The position numbers and the translations under genes were made by a program. The notes under the pieces were generated by a model. It ran no database searches, was not told where the DNA came from, and saw only the letters and a list, made by a program, of their open reading frames with translations. 64,000 bases of DNA from Eledone cirrhosa (lineage: Eukaryota), in assembly GCA_964016885.1 (NCBI GenBank), contig OZ024740.1:197160001-197224000 (forward strand), written 5' to 3'. Shown in pieces: positions 43,279 to 55,682 of the stretch; the stretch's first letter is position 1, and every line of letters starts with the position of its first letter.

Positions 43279-43559
43279 TTACCTTATTTTGCTTGCCCTT
43301 TAATCTTGAATTTCAAATTTGTAACTACAACTGTTCAAACTTCAAATCCCAATTGTAGCAAACTATTTGAAGACTTTGGAAAGTCTATTTTATGTGTTGA
43401 TTGATAATGTTATTGCAGGAGTAACTGTATGTTTTAATGATGTTAAGTGAGTGGCTGAAAACTTTGATTTTTTTGTGGAAATGTCCCATAATGCCTGAAA
43501 CTGAGCTAGAAATAAAAAGTGAAGAGTTTTAGCACACCCAACATACATCAAATTTTGGT

Positions 43560-43727
43560 AAACCAGAAATGAAACCTTTAGTATTGCTAAATATATTAAC
43601 AGACTACAAAGTGAGATATTTTCAAGTGTTGGTTTGAGAGTATAATTGACAATTCTAGCTACAGTAGAAAGATACTTTAGTAAATTCAAACATATCAAAA
43701 ACTTTTTAAGGTCCACTATATCTCAAA
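43560..43727 (+). mobile_element. hAT transposase C-terminal dimerisation-domain relic
   Basis: 43661-43726 translates to TVERYFSKFKHIKNFLRSTISQ, resembling ERSFSKLKLIKNYLRSTMSQ. Confidence 0.65.
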
Positions 43728-44009
43728 TGTTGTTATGAGCATACACATGTATAAATGATGTTACTCATAGCATTTTTTAAAAGTAGCTCTAAGCTACTTG
43801 CTCTTTTTGTAAGATCGACACAAGTGAACATTCTTGATAACACAGCAATAACCAGTCAAAACTTGTCAAGTTGTTCTCAGATTTGTCTTGCAGGGTCTAT
43901 TTCCACATCAAAGCTGCACATGTTTATCAAATGAATGCATGAAGCTTGCATGCTCCAATGGATGTGTAATACTAATGTGCATGAACGACGAAGCCTCAAT
44001 GATCTAGGG

Positions 44010-47000
44010 CAAAGGTTCTCAACTGGGGGGGGGGGGGGGTGACAGCAGTTACAAGAACAACTTCAACATCATTGGATACCATCAGGGTTGCAGGTGTTAT
44101 ATTAGAGTTTTCCTTCTCCTAGAATTCTGCCTTGACAAAGAGTCAATGGCCATCCAAAATCACCGGGAGAGATAACCCCTTAGCATACATACATACATGA
44201 CATACATACATACATACACACATACACACACACGCACACATATACACACACAGGCCTGCGTTAGTGTTTGATGAGGTTGAGAACCTGGCCAGCTTTCAGC
44301 CAGAGCTGTGGTATTTATATTTAAGTGTGTAAGGATATTTCTATATGTATAAAGCTGAGGATGTGTGTGTTAAGGTTTGTAACGTATGCACATCCACAAT
44401 TTCCAAAGGATCCCATTCAAAGTCGGGACAATTATTGCTTTTGGTCAGGAAAAGATCATGAAGCAAAAAAATTTAAAATCAATCAACAATAAGGGCAAAA
44501 ATCGATCATGATCATTCCCCCTCTCTATAATTTAACTGCTTTACTCTCTCTGTCGCTCTTCACTCCCAATATGACAATACTGGAGTGGAGCGTTCCGTAT
44601 TGACATACAGCTTATTGCAAACAACCCACAAAATAACACTTCATATAACAGATTAATGCTATAGACATATGAATCAGAATGTAACCCGTGAACTTCTTCC
44701 TGGGCAAAATTATTCGAACAGACATGACCTCATTGCCAGAGTGTTCAGACTGAAACTGGCTAAACTCATGGCTTTAATGAAAAAGGGTAAGGTGCTGAAA
44801 AAGGGGTTGTAAAATGTGACATGTTCACCGTCGAATGGCAAAAACGAGGGCTGCCACATGCTCACATTTTGATTTGGTTAGCTGATAAAATCAATTCAAA
44901 TGCCATAGACAGCTTCATTTCGGCTGAAATCCCTAACCCAGCAACTGACCAGGAATTACATGACATCGTCAAAGCTAACATGGTCCGTGTGCATCGGGTC
45001 CTAATGAACATCACACGTGTCTGGAAGGGGGAGGGGGGGGGGTCGTGGAGCAAGGAATACCCCCAAAAATTTGTTGACCAGACTCAGACCGGTGGTGACA
45101 GGTACCCCCTATTCAGGCGGAGACGGCCTGAGAACGGTGGCTTCACCACAACAGTAAAGAGAGGTCAAGTCGACAATAGATGGGTGGTCCCTTACTGCCC
45201 GCTTCTCTTGAAGATGTTCAACGTCCACATCAACGTTGAGTTTTGCAACTCCAAGTCGATAAAATACATATGCAAATATGTAAATAAGGGCTCTGATGCC
45301 GCAATGTTTGCATTTCAAGCTGAAAATAGCAGGGATGAGGTCACAGAATACCTGGCGGGGCGGTACATCAGTAGCATTGAAGCTTTTTGGCGCCTATTTG
45401 GTTTACCCCTACACCAACGTCATCCCGCTATCGTACAGCTTGCGGTACATTTGGAAAATGGGCAAAGGGTTGGCTGCCGATCCGAAAGAGACCACTCTGA
45501 CGGGTTTCTTCAAACTTTGCCAGTTCGATACATTTGCACAAACAATTGTGTCCCCCCCAGGTCCATCCTACTTTATATGGTCGAAAAACACTTGGGTGCA
45601 AAGAAAGTCAGGTGAGGCTGTTGAAAGACATCCTGGTGTAAAATTTGACAGCTGTCTTGGAAGGGTTTACACTGTACCCCCAAGTCAGCATGAGTGCTTT
45701 CATCTCCTCCTTCTTCTGCATAAAGTTGTAGGCCTACAAAGTTTTCAGGACCTCAAAACTGTTGATGTGATACGTACCGAGAAGCCTGCTTTAAGCGTGG
45801 TCTTTTGGAAGATGATTTGCAATGGGATTCCACTTTAGCAGAGGGTGCTTTGTTGAAATCACCTAAAGGTCTATGGGAACTCTTTGCCATTTTGCTTCAA
45901 AAGTGTGAATTAGGTGATTCCAAATCTTTATGGGTCAAGTACAGAGACTTCATGTCTGAGGACTTCCTGCGCCTGGCTCATCTGCAATACACTTCAGTAG
46001 AAGTTGGTTACAGCGACATTATCTACAACAGGGCACTCATTGATATTGAGGACACCCTTCTCGACATGGGTGGGAGTGAGTTGGCGACATATGGCTTGCC
46101 GTCAACCGTTGCACAGGGAGTCGATTGCTATGTCACCCTTGTCATCCGCAGGGACCTTGCCCTCACCAAGTGCTAAAATGTTCTGAGCAAATGCTGCAGA
46201 CACGTTGGCTCCGGATTTGTTGCGAGAAACAGCATATGACATCGAATCTCTTTCCCAATACTTAGAGGAAAATGAGCCCAAACTTCTGTCGGACCAAAGG
46301 TTGGCCTATTTAACTATCATTGACGCGGTTCAAAATCAGACTGGGGGTATTTACTTTCTTGATGCTCCTGGGAGTACCGGAAAAACTTTTGTAACAAAAT
46401 TGATTCTCGCTAAGATTCGTCAAAAGAAAAAAATTGCGTTGGCCGTTGCATCGTCCGGGATCGCTGCTACTTTGCTGCCGGGAGGCAGGACAACACATTC
46501 AACCTTTAAACACCCCTTGGATTTAGTAAAAACTGAGACACCAACATGCAATATCAGCAAGAGTTCACACGAAGCTATGGTTCTCAAAAAATGTTGCCTC
46601 ATTGTTTCGGATGAGTGCACAATGGCAAACAAGGGTGTTCTTGAGGCATTGGACAGGACCCTGAAAGACATTAGGGATTCTACGGCTCCTATGGGTGGCG
46701 TAACCCTTCTGCTATCAGGGGATTTTCGGCAAACGCTGCCTGTCATCCCCAAAGGGACAAGAGCTGATGAAGTGCATGCCTGCCTTAAGTCGTCCATGTT
46801 GTGGCTCCAGGTGAAGAGTTTGTACCTGAGCACAAATATGCGTGCTCATTTGCATGGTGACAACATGTCTGCAGCATTTGCTCAGAACATTTTAGCACTT
46901 GGTGAGGGCAAGGTCCCTGCGGATGACAAGGGTGACATAGCAATCGACTCCCTGTGCAACATTGTGAGCAGCCCTTCTGACCTTTGGGAAGCAGTTTTTC

Positions 47001-48141
47001 CTAATGTCTCATCTAACTTTAAAAACCTCGATTGGCTCAGCGAAAGAGCCATCCTTGTTCCGAAAAATACCATGGTTAATTTTATTAACGAGCAGCTGAT
47101 TGAGAAGATTCCCGGTAAATAACACATCTTCAAATTTATCAACCGGACGTCAAACCCTGACGATATCGTTAATTATCCAGTTGAGTTATTAAATTCCCTT
47201 GAGCCCCCAGGGCTCCCACCTCACATTCTTAAGCTTAGGGCTGGCTGTCCGATTATGCTAATAAGGAACTTGCGTCCACCAAAGCAGTGCAACGGTACTC
47301 GCATGGTCGTCAAGTCACTGACGCCCCACTTGATTGAGGCCACCATTGTAACTGGGTGCGGGAGAGGGGAGAATGTTTTCATTCCAAGGATGAACCTTTT
47401 CCCCTCGGCGTCAGATATCCCGTTCGATTTCCGGCAATCCCAATTCTCGGTGAGACCATGTTTTGCATGTCCATTAACAAGTCACAAGGGCAAACATTGT
47501 CGGTGGCGGGCATCCATTTGGGGGAGCCATGCTTCTCCCATGGCCAACTTTATGTTGCCTGTTCCCGCGTAGGGAGCAGGGATGGACTTTTTGCTTACAC
47601 TCCTCAAGGGATGACACGCAATATCGTCTATAAAGAGGTGCTATAGATGTTGGTGCAGGTGTTGGAGCTATGCCGTCTGGAAAACTGGTAGGGTCACTCA
47701 TCGCAGACAGATCTGACACCCAGCGGCATCAAGGCCGCCATCTTGCAACTTTGGTCTACTAAATTCGCTATTGGAAGATTATTAACCCATCATTGATTGT
47801 CCAAAATGCTAATTGGTTCGTAACTTTTAATAACCGGTTCAACTGCTTTATGCACTTAATTGATAAGCTTATTCGCTTTCAAGCCACGTTTACCTGTATG
47901 TAACTTTTCATAGCAAATGAACAAACCCGAGTATCGCTGGGCTAAACTGTGTGTGTGTGTATAATATATATATAATACACACACATATATATATATATTT
48001 TCTTTTTTCAGTCTGGTCTACCATGTTTGAGCCCCCTGTTGGAGATAGATAGATAGATAGATAGACGTGTACCAAACGCACACACACACACATTTCTTAC
48101 TCTCTCTGTCTTTCCCTCTTTCTCTCTTCATTTTCAACAAC

Positions 48142-48175
<34 letters not shown>

Positions 48176-48803
48176 GTTGTTGAAAAGAGCAGTGGCCTTT
48201 GACCTGGCAATAAAAACTGGAGACAAATTCTTTCTGTATCAAACACAAGTTTGTGTGTGTGCGCGCGTGTATGTGTGTGTGTGTATTTATCTATGTATAT
48301 ATATATAAGGGATACAGATATGGCTTTCTCACTGTCTCCAAGCTTCTCAATTCATTCGTTGCTACTAAGTATTTTATTTTGCTATGAGGTATATTATTTT
48401 GCAAGGTATTATTTTTCCCCTGAGTTTGTGATTTCAGAGAAAGGTAAGAAATTCTTCATATTTTGCATCTTTTGTATTTTGACTTTACAGTTTGAATTGT
48501 AGAATTGTGTATCCACTCAAAATATTACAACAGCTAACAGTGAAATATAGAATTTTAAAAAAAAAAAGCTTTTTCGACTGAGATCAAATCTTTTTTTCTT
48601 TTCAAAAATATATAATTTGAAATAGCTTGCTTTTGTTTTGGACTGAAACTTTTTTGTATTTAATTCGTACAAGTATTTTTTAAAGATTCTAACATAACAT
48701 GATTTGGCCCAGTAATCTACTGATATCAAAATCAGTAGTATATTGACAAATGGAAAAATGGGGTTTCATGATTTCGAGGGGCAAAATGGGTTGAGAACCT
48801 TTG
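44010..48803. mobile_element. hAT-type non-autonomous element (14-bp TIRs, 8-bp TSD) inserted in an RTE fragment and containing the Helitron
   Basis: ATCTAGGG|CAAAGGTTCTCAAC ... GTTGAGAACCTTTG|ATCTAGGG, with TSDs at 44002-44009 and 48804-48811. RTE sequence resumes colinearly on both sides. Confidence 0.85.
44340..47950 (+). mobile_element. Decayed, internally deleted autonomous-type Helitron (RepHel)
   Basis: 5' TCTATATGTATAAA. Rep motifs VEWQKRGLPHAHILIWL and KYICKYVNKG. PIF1 helicase motifs DAPGSTGKT, SSGIAATLL, GDFRQTLPV, SINKSQGQT and HGQLYVACSRV. 3' hairpin remnant cccgagtatcgctggg at 47926. Confidence 0.93.
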
Positions 48804-49364
48804 ATCTAGGGCATAAGAGAGGTCAGATGCTGTGTACAGGAGAGGAGACTGCAGTGGTATGGACATGTGATATGTATGGAGGATGACAGCTGTATAAAAA
48901 GGTGCAGGGTACTTAAAATTGATGAAAACTATGGAAGGGGAAAACCTAGGAAAAACTATGGAAGAGAAAAAGCACCCAGTTCACCCTGTAAGGTGGTTGT
49001 ACTGGGAACAAGATAAAAAGCAACCCGATCCATCCAGTTAACCGGTCGTTTTGGTGCAACGATAAAAAGTACCCAGTCCACTCTGTAACATGGTTGGCAT
49101 TAGGAAAGGCATCCAGCTGTAGAAACCAAGCATAAAACACAGATTCGCATGAGCAAGATGTGGTCTCCTGACCTGACTTGTCTCATAACGTGACAACCCG
49201 TCTAACCTATGCAAGTATGAAAAAATAGACATATGATGATGATGATGATATCTATGCACACGCACATACACATTCTCAGTACTTTAGTTATTTTATTTTC
49301 TGAACTGTCAATAAAAACAATTTATTATTGTTTGAAAATTAAACAATTTCATAAAACAGTAATA

Positions 49365-49725
49365 ATTGTTTCTATTTTAGGCACAAGGCCAGCAATTACC
49401 CAGTACATTACTGGTACTTTATTTTATCGACCCCGTAAGGATGAGAGGCAAAGTTAACCTCGGCGGGATTTGAATTCAGATCATAAAGGGACGTAACTCA
49501 GTAATAATGATTTCTAGTATAAGCACAAGGCCAGTAATTTGGTGGGTGGGGAAAGTCGATTAAATCAACCCCCAGTACGTTACTGGTGCTTTATTTTATC
49601 GACTCACGTAAGGATGAAGGGCAAAGTTAACCTCGGCGGGATCTGAACTCAGACCATAAAGGACCGTAACTCTATGCTGCAAAGAATGGTGTCCGACTCT
49701 ACGAATACTACCAATCCCCCCGCCC
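49365..49725 (-). mobile_element. Family A SINE, one full copy plus one partial tandem copy
   Basis: Two successive cores (ttttatcgaccccgtaaggatga...gttaacctcggcgggat). Flanked by ttcataaaaca(g/a)taat at ~49348 and ~49726. Confidence 0.8.
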
Positions 49726-49740
49726 TTCATAAAACAATAA

Positions 49741-52013
49741 TCTACTTATATATATAACCAGCAATTTCTCTGTCTGTCTGTCTGTCCGACAGTGGAAAAA
49801 CGTGCGTAGAGAGAGAGTGAAAGAAAGAGAGACTACGAGAGGGGGATAGCGGGAGAGAGAGAGAGTGAATAGACGCTAAAACACATGCTATAGAAACATT
49901 ACCTTCCCCTCTCCACTAAAGCACTGGATTATTTCTTTTTCTTTTTATCACAAACTTTCTTCGAAGTTGTGGCAGAAGAGACTAATCGATATTCCCAACA
50001 ACAGATTTCAAATCGAGGAAAACCCTATCTGTTTGGCGACCAACATGCTGTGGAAATGCAAGCATTTTTTACCGTAAATATTCTGTTCGGTATAAAACAA
50101 TTTCCAAAACTGGAATTACTGGAGTACTGATATAAGGTTTAGTGATCCTTATATATCAAGTATTATGCCGAAAACAACGTATTTAAAATTAAACCAGTAT
50201 TTGCACCTGGTTGATACTTCAAAAATGCCCCTATTAATTAATTTCACCTGCCCATAAAAGTCAAATTTAACCAGAAAAATCAGGTAAAATTATATAATTG
50301 TAAATTATTGATATTTAAACATCTGACAAAATTTCAAGCCTGCACATAGAAAATTAAGAAAATTACAAACAAATAAAATTGATAACCCTCTTGAGTACGA
50401 TTAACTGAAAATAATGTGAATGCTAAAGGGTTAGCTTCCAAATCATTATCCTTTTTATGCCGGCATAGGTTGGATGGTTTGTCAGTTGTCACAGTTCAAA
50501 TCAGTTCTTATTGAGAGGTATTGCCCTCCTAGACATGTTAGAAAATCATGTCTTTCATACGTCTACCACTAAGCACACTTACATTCACGCACACACATGC
50601 ATATATCAAACACTCATCATCATCATTTTACATCTGCTTTTCCCTGCTTGCAATGGTGAGACGGGTCCTATTCAGCACAACATGCTCGAAAAGTTTTAAC
50701 ATATTTTCCTTACATTTAAATTAAATCTGCCATATAACCAGCAATTTCTCTGTCTGTCTGTCCGACGCGTAGAGAGAGAGTGAGAGTGAAAGAAAGAGAC
50801 AGACTACAAGAGGGGGATAGCGTGAGGGAGTGAGAGAGACGCCGGAAGAGGGGAAGGAAAGCTATGTCTTGCTGTCTGCATTACGATATATATACACACA
50901 CACACACTGAGCGCGTCATAATGACGTAATGCAGACAGCCAGACATACAGACAGATATTATAAGGGCGCAACGTTATATCTATGTATCTATCTAAAAAGA
51001 AAGACTAAGAATTATATAGAGAGAACGCTAAATCGCCTAATGCGGTCCCTAGGGCATTGAAAATTTGAAATCATTTTTGCTCAAAACACTCACAGGACCA
51101 TAAGTATTACATGTCTAAAGTTTGAAAACAATCGGTTGGATGGTTCTCAAGTTTTAGTGAGCTGACAGACAGACATTCTCTGTTTTAGATATATAGACTA
51201 GCAGAAAACCGCCCCCGGGTGGTTTTCTGCTAGTCTATATATATAAAACTGAGGATGTCTGTCTGTGTGTGAGTTTGAATCCCTAAAACTCGAGAAGCAC
51301 CCAACCGACTGTTTTCAAACTTTACACATGTAATACTTATGTTTCAAGGAGTGTTCTGAGCAAAAAAAAATTAAAAATTTTCTATGCCTTAGGGACCGCA
51401 TTAGGCGATTTAGCGATCTCTCTCTATAATTCTTAGTCTTTCTCTTTTTAGCTAGATACATACATATAACGTTGCGCCCTTATAATATCTGTCTGTATGT
51501 CTGGCTGTCTGCATTACGTCACTTCCCTGAGGATGTCTGTGTGTTTGTGTCTGAGTTTGAATCCCTAAAACTCGAGAAGTACCCAACCAACGTTTTTCAA
51601 ACTTTACATGTGTATTACTTATGTTTCAGGGAGTGTTATGCACATAAAATTCAACTTTTTGATCCCCTACGGCCCGCATTAGTTGAAAAACTGCGTCTTT
51701 TCAGGTTTTTAGGGTTTTTTTTAGTCATTACGTCAGACTGATTTCCTTGAAATTGTAACTATGTATTAGTCAGTCTCTTCATACCGTGAGCAAAAGAAAA
51801 TCCAATTTTTTTATGGCCTAGGGCCCGCATTAGGTGAAAACCTGCAGTTTTCCTGCTTCATCGAGGAAAATCTTAAAGATTATCCAGCCATCAGAGTATT
51901 CGGTTTATTTTCTTTACATATTGTCCAGGCATGCAGTTTTTACATGATTAGGTCTGTTGGCGGCCCGCGTTCCAAAATACCTTATCCCGTGCAACGCTGG
52001 GTACCACTGTTAG
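49741..52013. mobile_element. Cluster of non-autonomous Helitron pieces, including a plus-strand copy at 51234-52013 and a minus-strand 5' portion at 50922-51197
   Basis: TCTATATATATAAAA...TGTCTGTCTG 5' ends. 3' hairpin cccgtgcaacgctggg followed by ttag|t at 52013. Direct repeat between 49752-49850 and 50733-50822. Confidence 0.8.
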
Positions 52014-52287
52014 TAATATATAAAGTTCAGAACATCTGTATTCAAGGAATGCCATTGGGGATTATTATTAAGAGGTAGACATTATTTTGTAGTTCTTAGG
52101 TTGAGGATTGTTGACCAGGTAGGAGTTTTTCTTTATTATCATCATAAGGAAAATGAGATTAATTCTACTGAGTATCAAAATTATAAGTTGTTTTAATCTG
52201 ACTCCATTAATTTGACTAGTATTATTAAATAAGACAAGAACAAGTTACAAAGTATAATTCAAGTTTACATAGATCAAAAGCTGACTA

Positions 52288-52608
<321 letters not shown>

Positions 52609-54932
52609 TTAAATGAAACCAAATGTTTCCTCCCTACAAGAAAGAGATAAAGAAATATTATTTTAAATTGTTATCTTTCAAAAATTTGTAAACCAACTTA
52701 CAAAAGGATATGGAAAAAGCTAGAAATATTTTTGAAAATTACTGTTCATTTTACATTGTAGCGTTTGAATAACATTACTTTAGAAAATAAAAATGTTTAG
52801 CATTTAAATCAGCCGTATCCATCCAGAATTCTCTCACCTCTTTCTGTTCAAACTGGCTAAAACCAGTCACTCATACTGATGTTAAGGTATTGTTCTCAAA
52901 ATAAATAACAACAAAATCTCATAGATTCGACATTATGTGAGATAATTGCCTTTACCATGAACATATAATAGTAAATATAGAGTAATGTAAATGCTAAAGG
53001 GTTAAAGCAAAATTCAGTGCAGATTAAAGACTTTAGAATTAGAAAACTATAATTTAACAGAAGAAAATCATTTTCAATTTCATGACAAAGTAATAAATTT
53101 CTAAAACTTATAATTCAAAGGCTGTGTGTAACCAGCTTAGAATAGGTATATCGTTTCTCTGCATGTTGTAAGAAGCAACTGAACGAGCAGGTGTCAGAAA
53201 AGGCATCTGACTGTAAAACACTGTCTCAAAGATACACGTCTAATCCATGCCAGCATGGAAAATTCAACATAAAAACGATGATGATATTGCTCAACAACCA
53301 GCACATAGCTGCCATTGTCCCTAACTCCCTTACTATCCTATCACTCTGTTTTCCACTTTCCACTTATATTCATACTCTTCTCATTTAACTTCTTGACCAT
53401 CAATCTCCTTTAACCTTTAGCATGCTAGTAATTTTTATGAGTTGTTTCCCTAACACTGTATTATCTATTACGGGGAGATTACTCTTATGGCACCCTGTGT
53501 CGCCCACAGCGCATTGAAGGTTAAATTAATCTTTTGTAAGAATAGAGATGATTCTTTAGCAACACGGGAAAACCACTGTAATGCTGGAGCCATAATAAAA
53601 TACACAGTAAAGTGGTTTGTGATGGAATGGAGATACTGTAGAGAGATCTCTTTAATAGTGTCAGATATAACAACCCCTCAAGTGCAGGTGATACAATAAA
53701 ATAAACCCAGTATAGTGTTAAGAGGTTAGTGTTAGAAAGAGCATCCAGCTGTAGAAACCATGGCCAAAATGGAATTAATGTACAAGACATAATTCTCTGA
53801 CCCATCTAGGAAAACAATAACTCCAAATAAGACCCGACTCAAACTATTACGAACAATCCAACCCATGAAAAAAATGAAAAGCAGATATATGATGATGATG
53901 AAATGTGAAGTCAACCTTTTTAGATGACGATGAAATGTGAAGTCAACCTTTTTAGAAAAGAGAAAGAGAAAGAGAGAGAGATAACAAAATTTATTTAGAA
54001 TGACAGATAGTGTGAGAGAAGCTTGATGTTTCTCAGCAGTGTTTTGATAAAAAGTGTTTTGAGAGTTCTCTTCTACAAGTTGCAGTTATATATGATTGGT
54101 GCAAAGCATTTTGTATGCAAGAAATATTTAAGGAAAGTTTATTTATAAATTTGAATATTTTCTCTTTTAATTATTTTGCATGCCTTTTAAACATTTCCTT
54201 CATAGTTGCTTTTTTTTTTTTAAAAGTGCCCAGCTCACACTGTAAAGTGGTCGTGTAGGTGTCATGGCAAAAAGCACACAGACCTCACTGTAAATGAGGT
54301 TGGCGCTAGGAAGGGCATCCAACTGTAGAAACCAAGCCAAAATCGGTTCTGTATGACATGGTCACCTGTCTGGCATTGTTCACAACAGGATAACTCATCT
54401 AACCCATGCCAGTGTGGAAAAATGGACGTTAAACAGTGATGATGATGATGATGATGATGATATATCAGAGGCCTTTTAGATTTACATTTTAGGGCTTAAT
54501 ATTTATATTTTACAAATATCAATATTTATGTTTCAAGATAGTCAATATTAACAAATACTAATGTGATAATGTACTTTAGAATAAAAAAAAGGTTTTTATA
54601 CAGTACTTTGTAATTAAACTAACTTAAACAGACTGAATAACTGATTGGGTGAATAATACATAGATACGTGAGGTTAAATGTCTTGTGGTGTAGAAAATGT
54701 TGGGTTTATAATAATAATAATAATGAAATTATTGTGTACAGTGCTCAGGTGCCCTACAACTCATCAAAGGGGCATGTATAGTGCATAGAATAATGTACAA
54801 ATGTCAGCAAAGTGAACAGTATATGAGTCATGATATACACATAGGCGCACACACACACATGCGGTTTTGTCGAGAAAAAACAATGTTTATTTTATTATGG
54901 CTCCAACGTTACAGTGGTTTTTTAGATATATA

Positions 54933-55682
54933 TCTATATATCTAAAACAGAGAATGTCTGTCTGTCTGACTCCCTAAAACTCGAGAACCCCCTACCGATT
55001 GTTTTCAAACTTTACACATGTAATACTTATGGCCGTGTGAGTGTTTTGAGCAAAAAATATTTCAAATTTTCAATGCCGAAGGGACCGCATTAGGCGCCGT
55101 TTAGCGATCTCTCTATAATTCTTAGTCTGTCTTTTTAGATAGATACATAGCTACGACGTCGCGCCCTTATATCTGTCTGTATGTCTGCATTACGACATTA
55201 TGACACTATCTGTGTGTGTGTATATGTATATATAGTGTGTGTATATATATATAGTGTGTAATGCTTTTCGAAATATTTACTTCTGCGTTCACAGATTGAT
55301 TTTTTTAGTTTCAGAAGATCCCGTTAAGGGTGAAAGCAGCAATTCTTCACTTAAACTTTAATCTGTTATTTTAATATATATATATATAATTATATATTCA
55401 TGTACAGATATTTTTGCATACACAATAACAAAATATAAACAAACATTTATTTCACGAGGCTCGACAGCAGCAAAAACAACAACAAAAAAGAGAGGGAACG
55501 CAATTACACGCTTTTGAAAGATCTTAATGGAAAATTAGTTGCCTATTCACCCAAGGTGACTTCACTTTTTATTAGGACTTCTGCATCAATTGGTGAACAT
55601 ACGACGAAACTGTTTCAGAAAGGAGGGATAAACATGCCAATCTATGTTTAGAATCCCGAGCAACGCCGGGCCATTCTGCTAG
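54933..55682 (+). mobile_element. Non-autonomous Helitron
   Basis: A|TCTATATATCTAAAACAGAGAATGTCTGTCTG start. Ends cccgagcaacgccggg-ccattctg-CTAG|T. Inserted between A and T with no TSD. Confidence 0.88.

Noticed and set aside
46205-47646. Cellular PIF1 helicase gene
   Set aside because: It is intronless and frameshifted, follows a HUH Rep domain and is bounded by Helitron termini.
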